Of a DNA stretch of 64,000 nucleotides, positions 55,929-64,000 are shown in pieces (the first letter of the stretch is position 1; every line of letters begins with the position of its first letter). Origin of the DNA: an uncultured Methanosarcinales archaeon (lineage in GTDB: Archaea > Nanobdellota > Nanobdellia > Woesearchaeales > UBA12501); the NCBI GenBank assembly GCA_964343705.1, contig CAYFJX010000005.1:66791-130790 (forward strand). The letters run 5' to 3'. Made by a program: the position numbers and the translations under genes. The notes under the pieces are model-generated. The model worked only from the letters and a program-made list of their open reading frames with translations. It did not search any database and was not told where the DNA came from.

Positions 55929-58361
55929 ATGGAAAAAAAAGTGAAGATTATTGCTGTACTTGCAGTTTTACTTGTAAGTTTATTCTATTTTGGAGATAAA
56001 TTCACTGGCCTTGCGGTGAATGATGGTTCTCGGGCTCAACAGTTACAAGATTGTGTTGCAGGTGGTACTTCTCTATTACAATGTCGGCTTAATGCTGGTA
56101 TTCTTACTCAAGCAGAGTTTGAAGCTGCAGGTGGTAACGCTATTGCAGGAGCAGCAGTTGCAGGTTTGCCTTCACAAGCAGAGTATAAAAAAATGATTCA
56201 CACTGTTTGGCGAAATTACAAACCATTTATCCATAGCTGGATTTCTTTTTCTTTTTCTGATGACTCTACTTCAGGTAAGCGAACTCGTGCACTATACGAT
56301 CTCCAAGGGTGGACAAACAATCTTTTGTTGTACGCGTCTGCAAACAATGATATTGCATTGTTAGATGATCTTGCTGAGACCTATCTTATGCCCCTGCAGT
56401 ATCTTGAAACAAAAAATGTGTATCGTTATGCCTATCTCCCTGAAAAATTACCACCTCAAAATCTACCTGCAGGTGAAGAAAAACAGCGTTTGTGGAAGCA
56501 GTTTTATCGTACAGATCTCCAACTTGAAAAACCAATTCTTATGTGGTCACGAAGCCGAGATAAGTCAATGGAGTTGAGATTAGATGTTGGCCAATTTTTA
56601 TATCTTGCCTCTGATGCTCTTAATGCGTTTCTTGCGGTTCCTCAGGATCAAAGAACTCCAAATATGCAACGCTTTATACGAGAATACCCCCCTGTTATTA
56701 AGGCTCATTACCAACGCTGGGTCATAGATGACCATCGGATGTTTGGTTTACAGGGGTGGGGTTGTAATGAGTATGGGTCAGATAGATATAATCATCTTAA
56801 CTACTTAAAATCTCTACGGGACGAAACTTGGACGCCACGAAACAAGGACAAGCCAAATACTTTATGTAATTCAATGACAGATATTGACACTTGGATGGTT
56901 GTAGGGGTTGTCAAAATGCTTGCAGCCAACCACAAAGATCCTTCCGCAATGCCACTCACCCAGGAACAAAAAACCAAGTTTATGGAATATGTTGGTGTTG
57001 GCACACAAGCTATAGAAAGAAGAATGAATCCAAATCAGCTTACTGACTTTGCAGGTAAACAAGTGGTTGGATTTAACTTTGAACAGAACCGAGGGGATAC
57101 TCACCCTGATAATGTATGGTCAGGCTATGAAGGGGCAAGCTATCCTACAGAAAATGATAAATCTTCACGAAAGACAGGATGGGATTTTAGCCACGCTACG
57201 AGACTTCCTTATGTCTTTGACACATTATACAAACATAAAGATATAACAGGGCAATCCTTCCCCACGCAAGATACCATGAAAAAAGTAGCTAACCAATATG
57301 TGTATGGGGTATTCAACAAAGACCTTGAACTTCCTCTTTTTAGTAACTTTTTTAGTGGGGATAATGGTTGGTTCAGGGTGAACTATGGTTGGAGTCCAAA
57401 AAGTGGAAAGCCTGCTCCAGGAACTGGCACACCTCCTTATGGCCAGAACTACGCAGGTCCATCGTATTTCATGTCCTTGGCAAAGTATACTCCTGATAAA
57501 AACAAACTATTGCCAGCAATATGGAATATATTAACTACGAACATGGTAAAAGACAAATCACACAATGGTAATCTAGCAACAGGATGGAAGGTTACAAGTA
57601 ATCCTGAAGGCAAGTTTGGAGGCAGTTTAGTTTTTGATCATCCAGAAAGATACAAAGAGTATCTTTGGTGCGGGAAACACACAGATTGGATACAGTCTAA
57701 GGGAACGTTTGCATTCTGGGTGAAAACAGCTGAACAAAATGTTGATATGGATGTCCTTGATCTGTGGGAAGTGCCTTACACTGATATCTTTATTGTGATG
57801 GTAAATAAACAAAATAAAGTTTGGTTCACCGTCAAAGAGGCGAACAACAAACTTATCAGTCTTACTTCGAAAAAAGCCATGGATGCTCCAGGATGGCATC
57901 ATGTTGTGATAACACAAGATGGGAGTGGAGCAAAAATATACATTGATGGTGAGCTTAGCGAGACAAGCGGAAAAAATAGTGCTGAATGGACAAATACTCT
58001 CAATATGCATCACTTTCCGAAATTTAATGATGCGTACAACAGTGCAGGTTGTTACTTGGGCAATTCTCACTGGACAAAATTTAGAGGGGAACTTGACGAA
58101 GTGTATTTCTTGAATCGTGCATTGTCTGCAGAGGAAGTACAGCAATTACACCAAAATACTCTAAAAAACAAAGAAGGATTACTTATTCACTGGAGTTTTG
58201 ATGACCTTCTTGATGTGAAAAAGATGGAACACAAAGATCTCTATTATGGTCCAAGAGATTATTATAACAAAAATCCTCCGAAGCTTGTTGAACAGTATTT
58301 TCCTGATAAATCAAAAACTATGCTTATTGCTTTACCTGTATTTGCCTTGGGAAGTTCTTAG
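55929..58361 (+). CDS. large secreted protein with C-terminal concanavalin-A-like/LamG domain
   Basis: Signal peptide 'KIIAVLAVLLVSLFYF'. C-terminal 'GTFAFWVKT...DGSGAKIYIDGEL' is a LamG/pentraxin-like jelly-roll pattern. Confidence 0.65.
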   Translation: MEKKVKIIAVLAVLLVSLFYFGDKFTGLAVNDGSRAQQLQDCVAGGTSLLQCRLNAGILTQAEFEAAGGNAIAGAAVAGLPSQAEYKKMIHTVWRNYKPFIHSWISFSFSDDSTSGKRTRALYDLQGWTNNLLLYASANNDIALLDDLAETYLMPLQYLETKNVYRYAYLPEKLPPQNLPAGEEKQRLWKQFYRTDLQLEKPILMWSRSRDKSMELRLDVGQFLYLASDALNAFLAVPQDQRTPNMQRFIREYPPVIKAHYQRWVIDDHRMFGLQGWGCNEYGSDRYNHLNYLKSLRDETWTPRNKDKPNTLCNSMTDIDTWMVVGVVKMLAANHKDPSAMPLTQEQKTKFMEYVGVGTQAIERRMNPNQLTDFAGKQVVGFNFEQNRGDTHPDNVWSGYEGASYPTENDKSSRKTGWDFSHATRLPYVFDTLYKHKDITGQSFPTQDTMKKVANQYVYGVFNKDLELPLFSNFFSGDNGWFRVNYGWSPKSGKPAPGTGTPPYGQNYAGPSYFMSLAKYTPDKNKLLPAIWNILTTNMVKDKSHNGNLATGWKVTSNPEGKFGGSLVFDHPERYKEYLWCGKHTDWIQSKGTFAFWVKTAEQNVDMDVLDLWEVPYTDIFIVMVNKQNKVWFTVKEANNKLISLTSKKAMDAPGWHHVVITQDGSGAKIYIDGELSETSGKNSAEWTNTLNMHHFPKFNDAYNSAGCYLGNSHWTKFRGELDEVYFLNRALSAEEVQQLHQNTLKNKEGLLIHWSFDDLLDVKKMEHKDLYYGPRDYYNKNPPKLVEQYFPDKSKTMLIALPVFALGSS

Positions 58362-58427
58362 CTTATTCTCCACTTTTTTTCCACTCAACCACTACAAAAC
58401 TTTTTATAATCAGAAATTCTTTTTTCC

Positions 58428-59498
58428 TTGGCTAGTTTTACATTAGTACTTGGAGGTATAATTATGGCAACACTAGCAGATGCAGAAGAATTTCTAAAAA
58501 GCATAAGGAAAAACCATGTAAGTACCTTGCCTTTTTCCATTGAACGAAAACTTACCTTACTCACCCACGAATTTGAAAAAAAGAGCAGAACATGGACAAC
58601 AGATGATAGGCACCGAGCACACAGTATTGCAAGTTTGTGTAACGAAAAACTAGCGCATATACGTCAATGGCGGGTCTTTGAAAAACTTGAAGATAAAACA
58701 GATCCCACCTATCATGATCTTGCCAATTTATACTACGCGTTGCGTGAAGGTCAGAGCACCCTTGGTTATTATGATGCAGAAAACAGTGGTTATGCTGAAG
58801 CAGTACAAGCTTTAGCAAAACGCAGACTAAAACGTCCACGTGTACTCTTGCTTGGCTTCTCAACTGTATACTCTCTTGAAAACATTGCAGCAATGATGCA
58901 TCTTGAAGAAATGGAGGGTGCTGAGATTGTTGCTTTTGATCTTGAAACACAACCGTTGGAAGAAGCTCAAGAATATTGTGGTGGTGAACTGTATGGTATA
59001 AAAGTCACCTACATGCAAGGAGATGCAACACAAAACGTGTTAAAGCCAAACAGCTTTGATCTTGCTGTAACACACTTATTTTTTACTCACATCCCTCATG
59101 ATCAAAAACCTGCTGTGATACGTGAGACAAAAAAACTACTGAAAAAACGTGGCATGTTTGTTGATAACGAGCTTATGATTCCTGGCACTATGCCAAAAGA
59201 TAGCTTTGTTGCTTTTTTTAGGACACTTGCTGAACAATATGTTCATGACGGGACTTGGTCTACACGTCAACGTCTTGGTGACTTAATGGTGCAGTTTGCG
59301 AAACACGATCATTTTTTCCCCTATGAAGATATTGGTCAGCTTCGTCGTGACTTTGCTGCTGAAGGCTTTGCTCTTGATGACAGGGCAATTCATGCTCAGC
59401 CAGTGTATGCACGTGGTGAAACAATTGTGTACTCCACTATGTACGCGCTCCAAGCAAGCAAAGAAACAGCACAGGCTACTGAATTAGACGCAGCCTAA
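58428..59498 (+). CDS. putative SAM-dependent methyltransferase-like protein
   Basis: Rossmann-like 'VLLLGFSTVYS' and 'FDLAVTHLFFTHIP'. Weak. Confidence 0.4.
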   Translation: MASFTLVLGGIIMATLADAEEFLKSIRKNHVSTLPFSIERKLTLLTHEFEKKSRTWTTDDRHRAHSIASLCNEKLAHIRQWRVFEKLEDKTDPTYHDLANLYYALREGQSTLGYYDAENSGYAEAVQALAKRRLKRPRVLLLGFSTVYSLENIAAMMHLEEMEGAEIVAFDLETQPLEEAQEYCGGELYGIKVTYMQGDATQNVLKPNSFDLAVTHLFFTHIPHDQKPAVIRETKKLLKKRGMFVDNELMIPGTMPKDSFVAFFRTLAEQYVHDGTWSTRQRLGDLMVQFAKHDHFFPYEDIGQLRRDFAAEGFALDDRAIHAQPVYARGETIVYSTMYALQASKETAQATELDAA

Positions 59499-59550
59499 TA
59501 TATACTCATCTACAACAATTAATATAAACTAATTACCCGGAGGTATCTTT

Positions 59551-61485
59551 ATGCAAATTCCAGAAAAAAGCAACTTTTTCACTTCTCACGACGATCGTCG
59601 TTTTTTATTTGATACTATTGATTGGGAAGCTCTTGGTGATGATGTTGATCTTGAAACATATGAATCTATTCTTGAAACCATTGGCCAAGTGACTGGTGAG
59701 CGTATTGCACAGAACGCACCAAAGGCAGATCATGGTGGTACTGAGCCAGGGGCTGAATGGCATCATAAAGATGGTGTCTTATTATGGCCCACTGCAATAC
59801 ATGACTCATATAATGCTCTTGGTGCTGCAGGACTCCATGGATTTTTTGTTCCTGAAGAATACGACGGTCTTGGACTACCAACAACACTCCATGCGTTCTA
59901 TAGGGAAATGCTTGCGCAAGCAGACGCAGGATTTTTTACCATCCCAGGTTTACGAGACGGTGTTGCTGATGTACTTGTTGAATTTGCAAGTGACGAACTT
60001 AAGGAAAAATACCTTCCGAAACTAGCAGGCGGTTGGACTGGTTCAATGGATCTTACTGAAGCAGAAGCAGGCAGTGACCTTGGCAATGTGACTACGCGCG
60101 CTGTTCCACTTGAGGGCAAAGAAGGCGAAGTGTACATTACAGGGGTAAAACGTTTTATTACTAATGGTGGTGCTGATGTGCACCTTGTTCTTGCACGTGA
60201 CGATGATGGTGAAGACAGTTACAGTTCAACACTGGGTGAAACAGCGGGGATTAGCATGTATCTTGTTCCAAATGATTTTGACATGGGTAGGCAACTCCAA
60301 AAAGGAATGTCTCATCACGTACGCGTTATAGGCCTTGAAAAAAAACTCGGCATCCACTCATCACCAACCTGCGAAGTTGAATTTGCAGAAACAGACGAAC
60401 AACCAGGAGCAATTGGCTACCTTGTTGGAAGAAAAGGCAGGGGCATGGTGCAGATGTTTCGTCTTATGAATAATGCGCGCCTGGGTGTTGCTGGACAAGC
60501 ACTTGGTATTCTTGAAGCTTCAATTCGTGATGCAACAGGTTATGCAACTGAACGAAAACAATTCAAACAGCCAATAAGTGATTTTGGATTGGTTAAAGAC
60601 ATGTTAAAAGACATGCAACTCTACGCTCAAATGACTCGCGCAGTAATTTTTGATGCAGCATTTGCACTTGACATGCAACGAAATTTAGAAGCACAAGAAA
60701 AAAAAGAAGAAGCAAAAGTGTATGCAAACAAAGCAGCAGTGCTCACACCACTTATCAAATACGTTGCTTCAGAAAAAGCAATTGAGCTTACACGAACAGG
60801 AGTGCAAGTGCATGGTGGAGTTGGTTACACAACTGACTTTAATGCTGAACGTCATCTGCGTGACTCAGTCATTACTGCGATCTATGAAGGTACCAGTGAA
60901 ATTCAAGTAAGTTTGTTTATGAAGGATGCGCTCAACAGTGTTAAGAGCCGCTTAGCGCGCGGTGCTGTCAGTAGGTACATACCTCGTAGTATACTTCCTG
61001 CTCCAATAACTGATTTTATCAGCAATGCTGCGAAAATGATTGATAAAAGCTTGTTAGGATCAGCAAAATCACGTGCAGATCCAATATCTCTCTTTGATGG
61101 TATGTACAGTCAACTAGGGGAGATGGAAGATAAGCATCTTGCAGATGATGTGCGGCAAGCAGGCCAGCATTTTGAAGCAGCCTTGTACACAATCGGCGCT
61201 AAGATGATTAGTGCCATCAAACAGTATGGAAAAGTTGAAGCTTTCAATCGCTTTTCTCCTGCTGCAAAGCCACTTGCAAGCCTAGCTTGCGAGACCTATG
61301 GTGCATTCCTGCTTCTCAAACAAGCTGAACAGGCAGAGGGTGAACAGGCTGAGTATAAACGCGCTGTTGCAGCTGTTTTTATCAAGGAAAAACTCCTGCC
61401 AAACATGCAGCGTTACAGACATCAGATCAATGAGGTTGACGAACACGGCCTGGGCAGGTATGATGCAATACTTAGACTGGAGTAA
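59551..61485 (+). CDS. acyl-CoA dehydrogenase (long form)
   Basis: 'YEGTSEIQ' ACAD signature. 'HGGVGYT'. FAD-binding middle domain. Confidence 0.82.
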   Translation: MQIPEKSNFFTSHDDRRFLFDTIDWEALGDDVDLETYESILETIGQVTGERIAQNAPKADHGGTEPGAEWHHKDGVLLWPTAIHDSYNALGAAGLHGFFVPEEYDGLGLPTTLHAFYREMLAQADAGFFTIPGLRDGVADVLVEFASDELKEKYLPKLAGGWTGSMDLTEAEAGSDLGNVTTRAVPLEGKEGEVYITGVKRFITNGGADVHLVLARDDDGEDSYSSTLGETAGISMYLVPNDFDMGRQLQKGMSHHVRVIGLEKKLGIHSSPTCEVEFAETDEQPGAIGYLVGRKGRGMVQMFRLMNNARLGVAGQALGILEASIRDATGYATERKQFKQPISDFGLVKDMLKDMQLYAQMTRAVIFDAAFALDMQRNLEAQEKKEEAKVYANKAAVLTPLIKYVASEKAIELTRTGVQVHGGVGYTTDFNAERHLRDSVITAIYEGTSEIQVSLFMKDALNSVKSRLARGAVSRYIPRSILPAPITDFISNAAKMIDKSLLGSAKSRADPISLFDGMYSQLGEMEDKHLADDVRQAGQHFEAALYTIGAKMISAIKQYGKVEAFNRFSPAAKPLASLACETYGAFLLLKQAEQAEGEQAEYKRAVAAVFIKEKLLPNMQRYRHQINEVDEHGLGRYDAILRLE

Positions 61486-61569
61486 ATTTGAGTAAAGTAC
61501 TGAGAATTTTTCTTATTCAAGCATTTTTATTGTTTTTTTAATGGTAGATTGAGGAAGGTTTAAATACAA

Positions 61570-62136
61570 GTGTTACTTTACCTTGTCATTAAAGAACATA
61601 CTTTTAGTAATGCTGTGATACTTATGACAACAAAAGAACTTAAACAAGCCCCTGTCCTCAAAGGTTTTCTAACTAAAGACCAAGCGCAGACAGCAAGAGA
61701 TAATAATGAACTTCCTTTTGGTGTTGTTTTTTCCTATGCAGATTGTAACAACCGATGTGATAGTTGTTGTTACCTTAGTGATGTGATCGCACCACGTAAT
61801 CCAAAAAAAGAGTTCACACTTGCTGAATACAAAGCTTTAATTGCAGAAATTGGAGCACTGGGGGAAACAAAAACCGTTTTTGTTCCAGGAAGAGGAGAGC
61901 CCCTTCTTAGAAAGCGAGGCCGAGTATTTTTGGAGTTTGCTCAAGCTGTTCAGGATCAAGGCATGCATACTGTTGTTATTTCTAGTATGCCTCCAAGTCT
62001 TGATGAGGGGATACTTAGAGAACTTTTAGGAATGGATGTTTCAATAATCGCAAAATTGGAGAGTCATAAACCAGACTTGTTTAATTATCTAGTGAAGCCC
62101 TTGCAAACATATGAATTTGTTGAAGTTGAACCATGA
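61570..62136 (+). CDS. radical-SAM-like protein (possibly N-terminal half)
   Basis: 'CNNRCDSCC' (Cx3Cx2C) and 'GRGEPLL' glycine-rich motif. Only 188 aa. Confidence 0.45.
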   Translation: MLLYLVIKEHTFSNAVILMTTKELKQAPVLKGFLTKDQAQTARDNNELPFGVVFSYADCNNRCDSCCYLSDVIAPRNPKKEFTLAEYKALIAEIGALGETKTVFVPGRGEPLLRKRGRVFLEFAQAVQDQGMHTVVISSMPPSLDEGILRELLGMDVSIIAKLESHKPDLFNYLVKPLQTYEFVEVEP

Positions 62137-62166
62137 TTTTTTATACCAAAAGGACTTGAGATACTT

Positions 62167-62724
62167 ATGGAAATGGGTTGGGCTGAGGATAATCGTCTTT
62201 CGTCCGGTACTGTTGTAAATAACTTAAACAAGGGTGAAGTTGCCCGTATTCATCGTTTCTACAGGAAAAATGGTATTTTTCCTTATATCCAAAAAATGGT
62301 TGAATATGATGGTGCAGCAAGACCTGAAATAAAAGAAGAATTTTCTTTACCAGCAGATGAATGGCCTGCTATTGCGCAGAACCTTGTTGATATAGATAGT
62401 GAAGAATTTGGTTTGACTACTGAGGCTGACGCACCTTGGCTTTTTTATTTTAACTTTCCTTTGTTCATGGTTGATTTTGATGGAGAAATAAAATACAATC
62501 CGCGCTATGATGCGGAAAACAGGGAAGAAGATAAACCCACTCATAAAGTTGTGTGGGATGGACATAAAGAAAGTCTCCTTCTAAACGGTGAGATGGAAGG
62601 CGAGTATTTTCCTTTTGTAAAAAGAGATGGTATTTTTCGCCCAGGCTTGTTAACTGCATTTATACGTGATTCTAAACAATTGCCTCGATTTGTTGGCACT
62701 GAAGACAGGTATGAAGGGCTTTGA
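62167..62724 (+). CDS. hypothetical protein (possibly partner or continuation of the radical-SAM-like gene)
   Basis: ORF immediately downstream on the same strand. Confidence 0.35.
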   Translation: MEMGWAEDNRLSSGTVVNNLNKGEVARIHRFYRKNGIFPYIQKMVEYDGAARPEIKEEFSLPADEWPAIAQNLVDIDSEEFGLTTEADAPWLFYFNFPLFMVDFDGEIKYNPRYDAENREEDKPTHKVVWDGHKESLLLNGEMEGEYFPFVKRDGIFRPGLLTAFIRDSKQLPRFVGTEDRYEGL

Positions 62725-63048
62725 TAAAGCTTCCTAAAATCTTCTACTGGTTCTGTAAAGCTTTACCTAAAGCTTTAGTAAGTGTCTTTAAAAACAATAA
62801 ACTCCACTATATTCTACAAGAAAACCTGCCCTGATACGGTACTGGTTAATGAGGTGTCAACATGAGATTTACCACACTGGTCTTTTTGGGCCTGCTTATC
62901 ATGGTCTTTATGGCTGTGCCTGGCATGACCTTTGAAGACAAAGCAGATCGAGTAAAAAAAGTGTCCAAACATCATTTGGGGGTTACCAAGCTCCCACATT
63001 ATTTTATTTCTGGTTTAGAAACAATTCACCATGGAGGTGAGGTCATTA

Positions 63049-63987
63049 TCACAAAACTAAAAGTACTACATTCCCGATCCATAAGGTAATCAAGAAACCA
63101 ATAAGAAAACTGGGAACAAATGGAATGCCCTCTTTGATCAATACAGTGCTGATTTTCTTTTTCTTTTTCAAACGAATAAGCTCATCAATTTGTTCTCGTT
63201 GTAGTCCAAGATCTTTTGGTCCTGCAATGCGTTTGCCTCCAACTTTGATTTCATCAACAACCCAATCACCTTCAGTAAGTTTCTCAGGCGCAACTCGTTT
63301 GTGCATACTTGATAACTCCACTGCTTTGGTAAACAGCCAAAAGTAATACAAGAGTGTGGCACTGACAAAAATAACAATAAGCAATAATTTCTCAATAGGG
63401 TTGCTAAGCACAAACATGCCTCCAACAGTCAGAAGTAATAAGCCAACAAGCCCATTACGAACCATCAACACTTTCTTTGTTCGTAGCTTTCGTAACTCCT
63501 TTGCAAAAGCTTTTCTATTTTTTATGGCAAGCATTCCTGCCCAAAAAAGACCATACACTGCACCAGCAATAAGGGTGTTAACAAGGAATGCAATAGGAAA
63601 CGCTTTCAGGAAAATAATAATGTCAAGTGACATCAGTGTGGAAATTTCAAGTCCAAACAAGGCACCCAGTCCCATAAGGAGTTTACTATCTCCTCCACCC
63701 CACTGGCCAGAATAAAACATCAGGCATGCTATTGCAAAAAAGAATCCAAAGCCAATTAGTCCGTCAAGAAGAATCATCCAGTCATAGGTTGTTGCAAACA
63801 ATACTAGTCTTACTGCACACGCTGTAATGAGCAAGCCATAACTTAACCAGTCAGGAACTTCTCTTGTTTTCAGGTCTGATACAGAAGCAGCCACCAGTGC
63901 TAGTAAGGAGAGTACTATAATAATGATAAAAAGTGTGCTCATGCCATTCTCTTGGTTGAGGATGTTTATATGTTTAACTGTACGCAA
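63049..63987 (-). CDS. A24-family prepilin/preflagellin peptidase (PibD/FlaK-like) with C-terminal extension
   Basis: Polytopic. Catalytic Asp motifs 'SDLKTREVPD' and 'GGGDSKLL'. Confidence 0.68.
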   Translation of the reverse strand: MRTVKHINILNQENGMSTLFIIIIVLSLLALVAASVSDLKTREVPDWLSYGLLITACAVRLVLFATTYDWMILLDGLIGFGFFFAIACLMFYSGQWGGGDSKLLMGLGALFGLEISTLMSLDIIIFLKAFPIAFLVNTLIAGAVYGLFWAGMLAIKNRKAFAKELRKLRTKKVLMVRNGLVGLLLLTVGGMFVLSNPIEKLLLIVIFVSATLLYYFWLFTKAVELSSMHKRVAPEKLTEGDWVVDEIKVGGKRIAGPKDLGLQREQIDELIRLKKKKKISTVLIKEGIPFVPSFLIGFLITLWIGNVVLLVL

Positions 63988-64000
63988 TCAATCATAACAT

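Noticed and set aside
55700-56300. Possible RNase P RNA suggested by the GAAAGTCCGGGC motif
   Set aside because: No other conserved RNase P regions (no GGGTGAAA or ACAGAA blocks) nearby on either strand. A well-supported signal-peptide CDS starts at 55929. The motif coincides with the T-stem/acceptor of a tRNA-like 3' end.
1-64000. CRISPR array, rRNA genes, prophage structural module
   Set aside because: No regularly spaced direct repeats, no rRNA-like conserved blocks, and no capsid, terminase or integrase-like ORFs were seen. The only repeats are the two dispersed two-copy families described.

Overview
The window reads as a compact, gene-dense stretch of an archaeal chromosome, most likely a DPANN-type archaeon, though I cannot confirm the lineage from sequence alone. 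The archaeal markers are aIF-1A, ribosomal protein S6e, archaeal Pth2, a eukaryote/archaeal-type TrpRS, CDP-archaeol synthase CarS, an A24 prepilin/preflagellin peptidase, AMP phosphorylase, and tRNA genes carrying introns (one at a non-canonical T-loop position). Bacterial-type envelope genes sit alongside them: lspA, a secreted M23 peptidase, and a TctA-like membrane protein. Housekeeping genes present are thrS, deoxyhypusine synthase, enolase, folC, trpS, an acyl-CoA dehydrogenase, an MTAP/PNP-family phosphorylase and a patatin-like lipase. Accessory content includes two vapBC pairs, a RelE-like toxin, an MNT nucleotidyltransferase, three kinase-like genes and many secreted or membrane proteins of unknown function. 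The strongest candidate for a new system is a tightly overlapping minus-strand operon at 17251..27447. It encodes two small zinc-ribbon proteins, two paralogous giant cytoplasmic proteins (866 and 1079 aa) with no recognisable domains, a membrane-spanning eukaryotic-like Ser/Thr kinase with a large C-terminal non-cytoplasmic domain, an atypical kinase-like protein, and a secreted M23 metallopeptidase. Other notable features are a 210-bp MITE-like element with terminal inverted repeats present as two near-identical copies in opposite orientation; a second ~155-nt repeat family with a compensatory-variant hairpin (a candidate structured ncRNA); tRNA genes with adjacent partial duplications; an intact tRNA-Val nested among tRNA-like halves; an RPE-like/RpiB fusion; and a frameshifted Nif3 gene. 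No CRISPR array, rRNA or prophage was seen.
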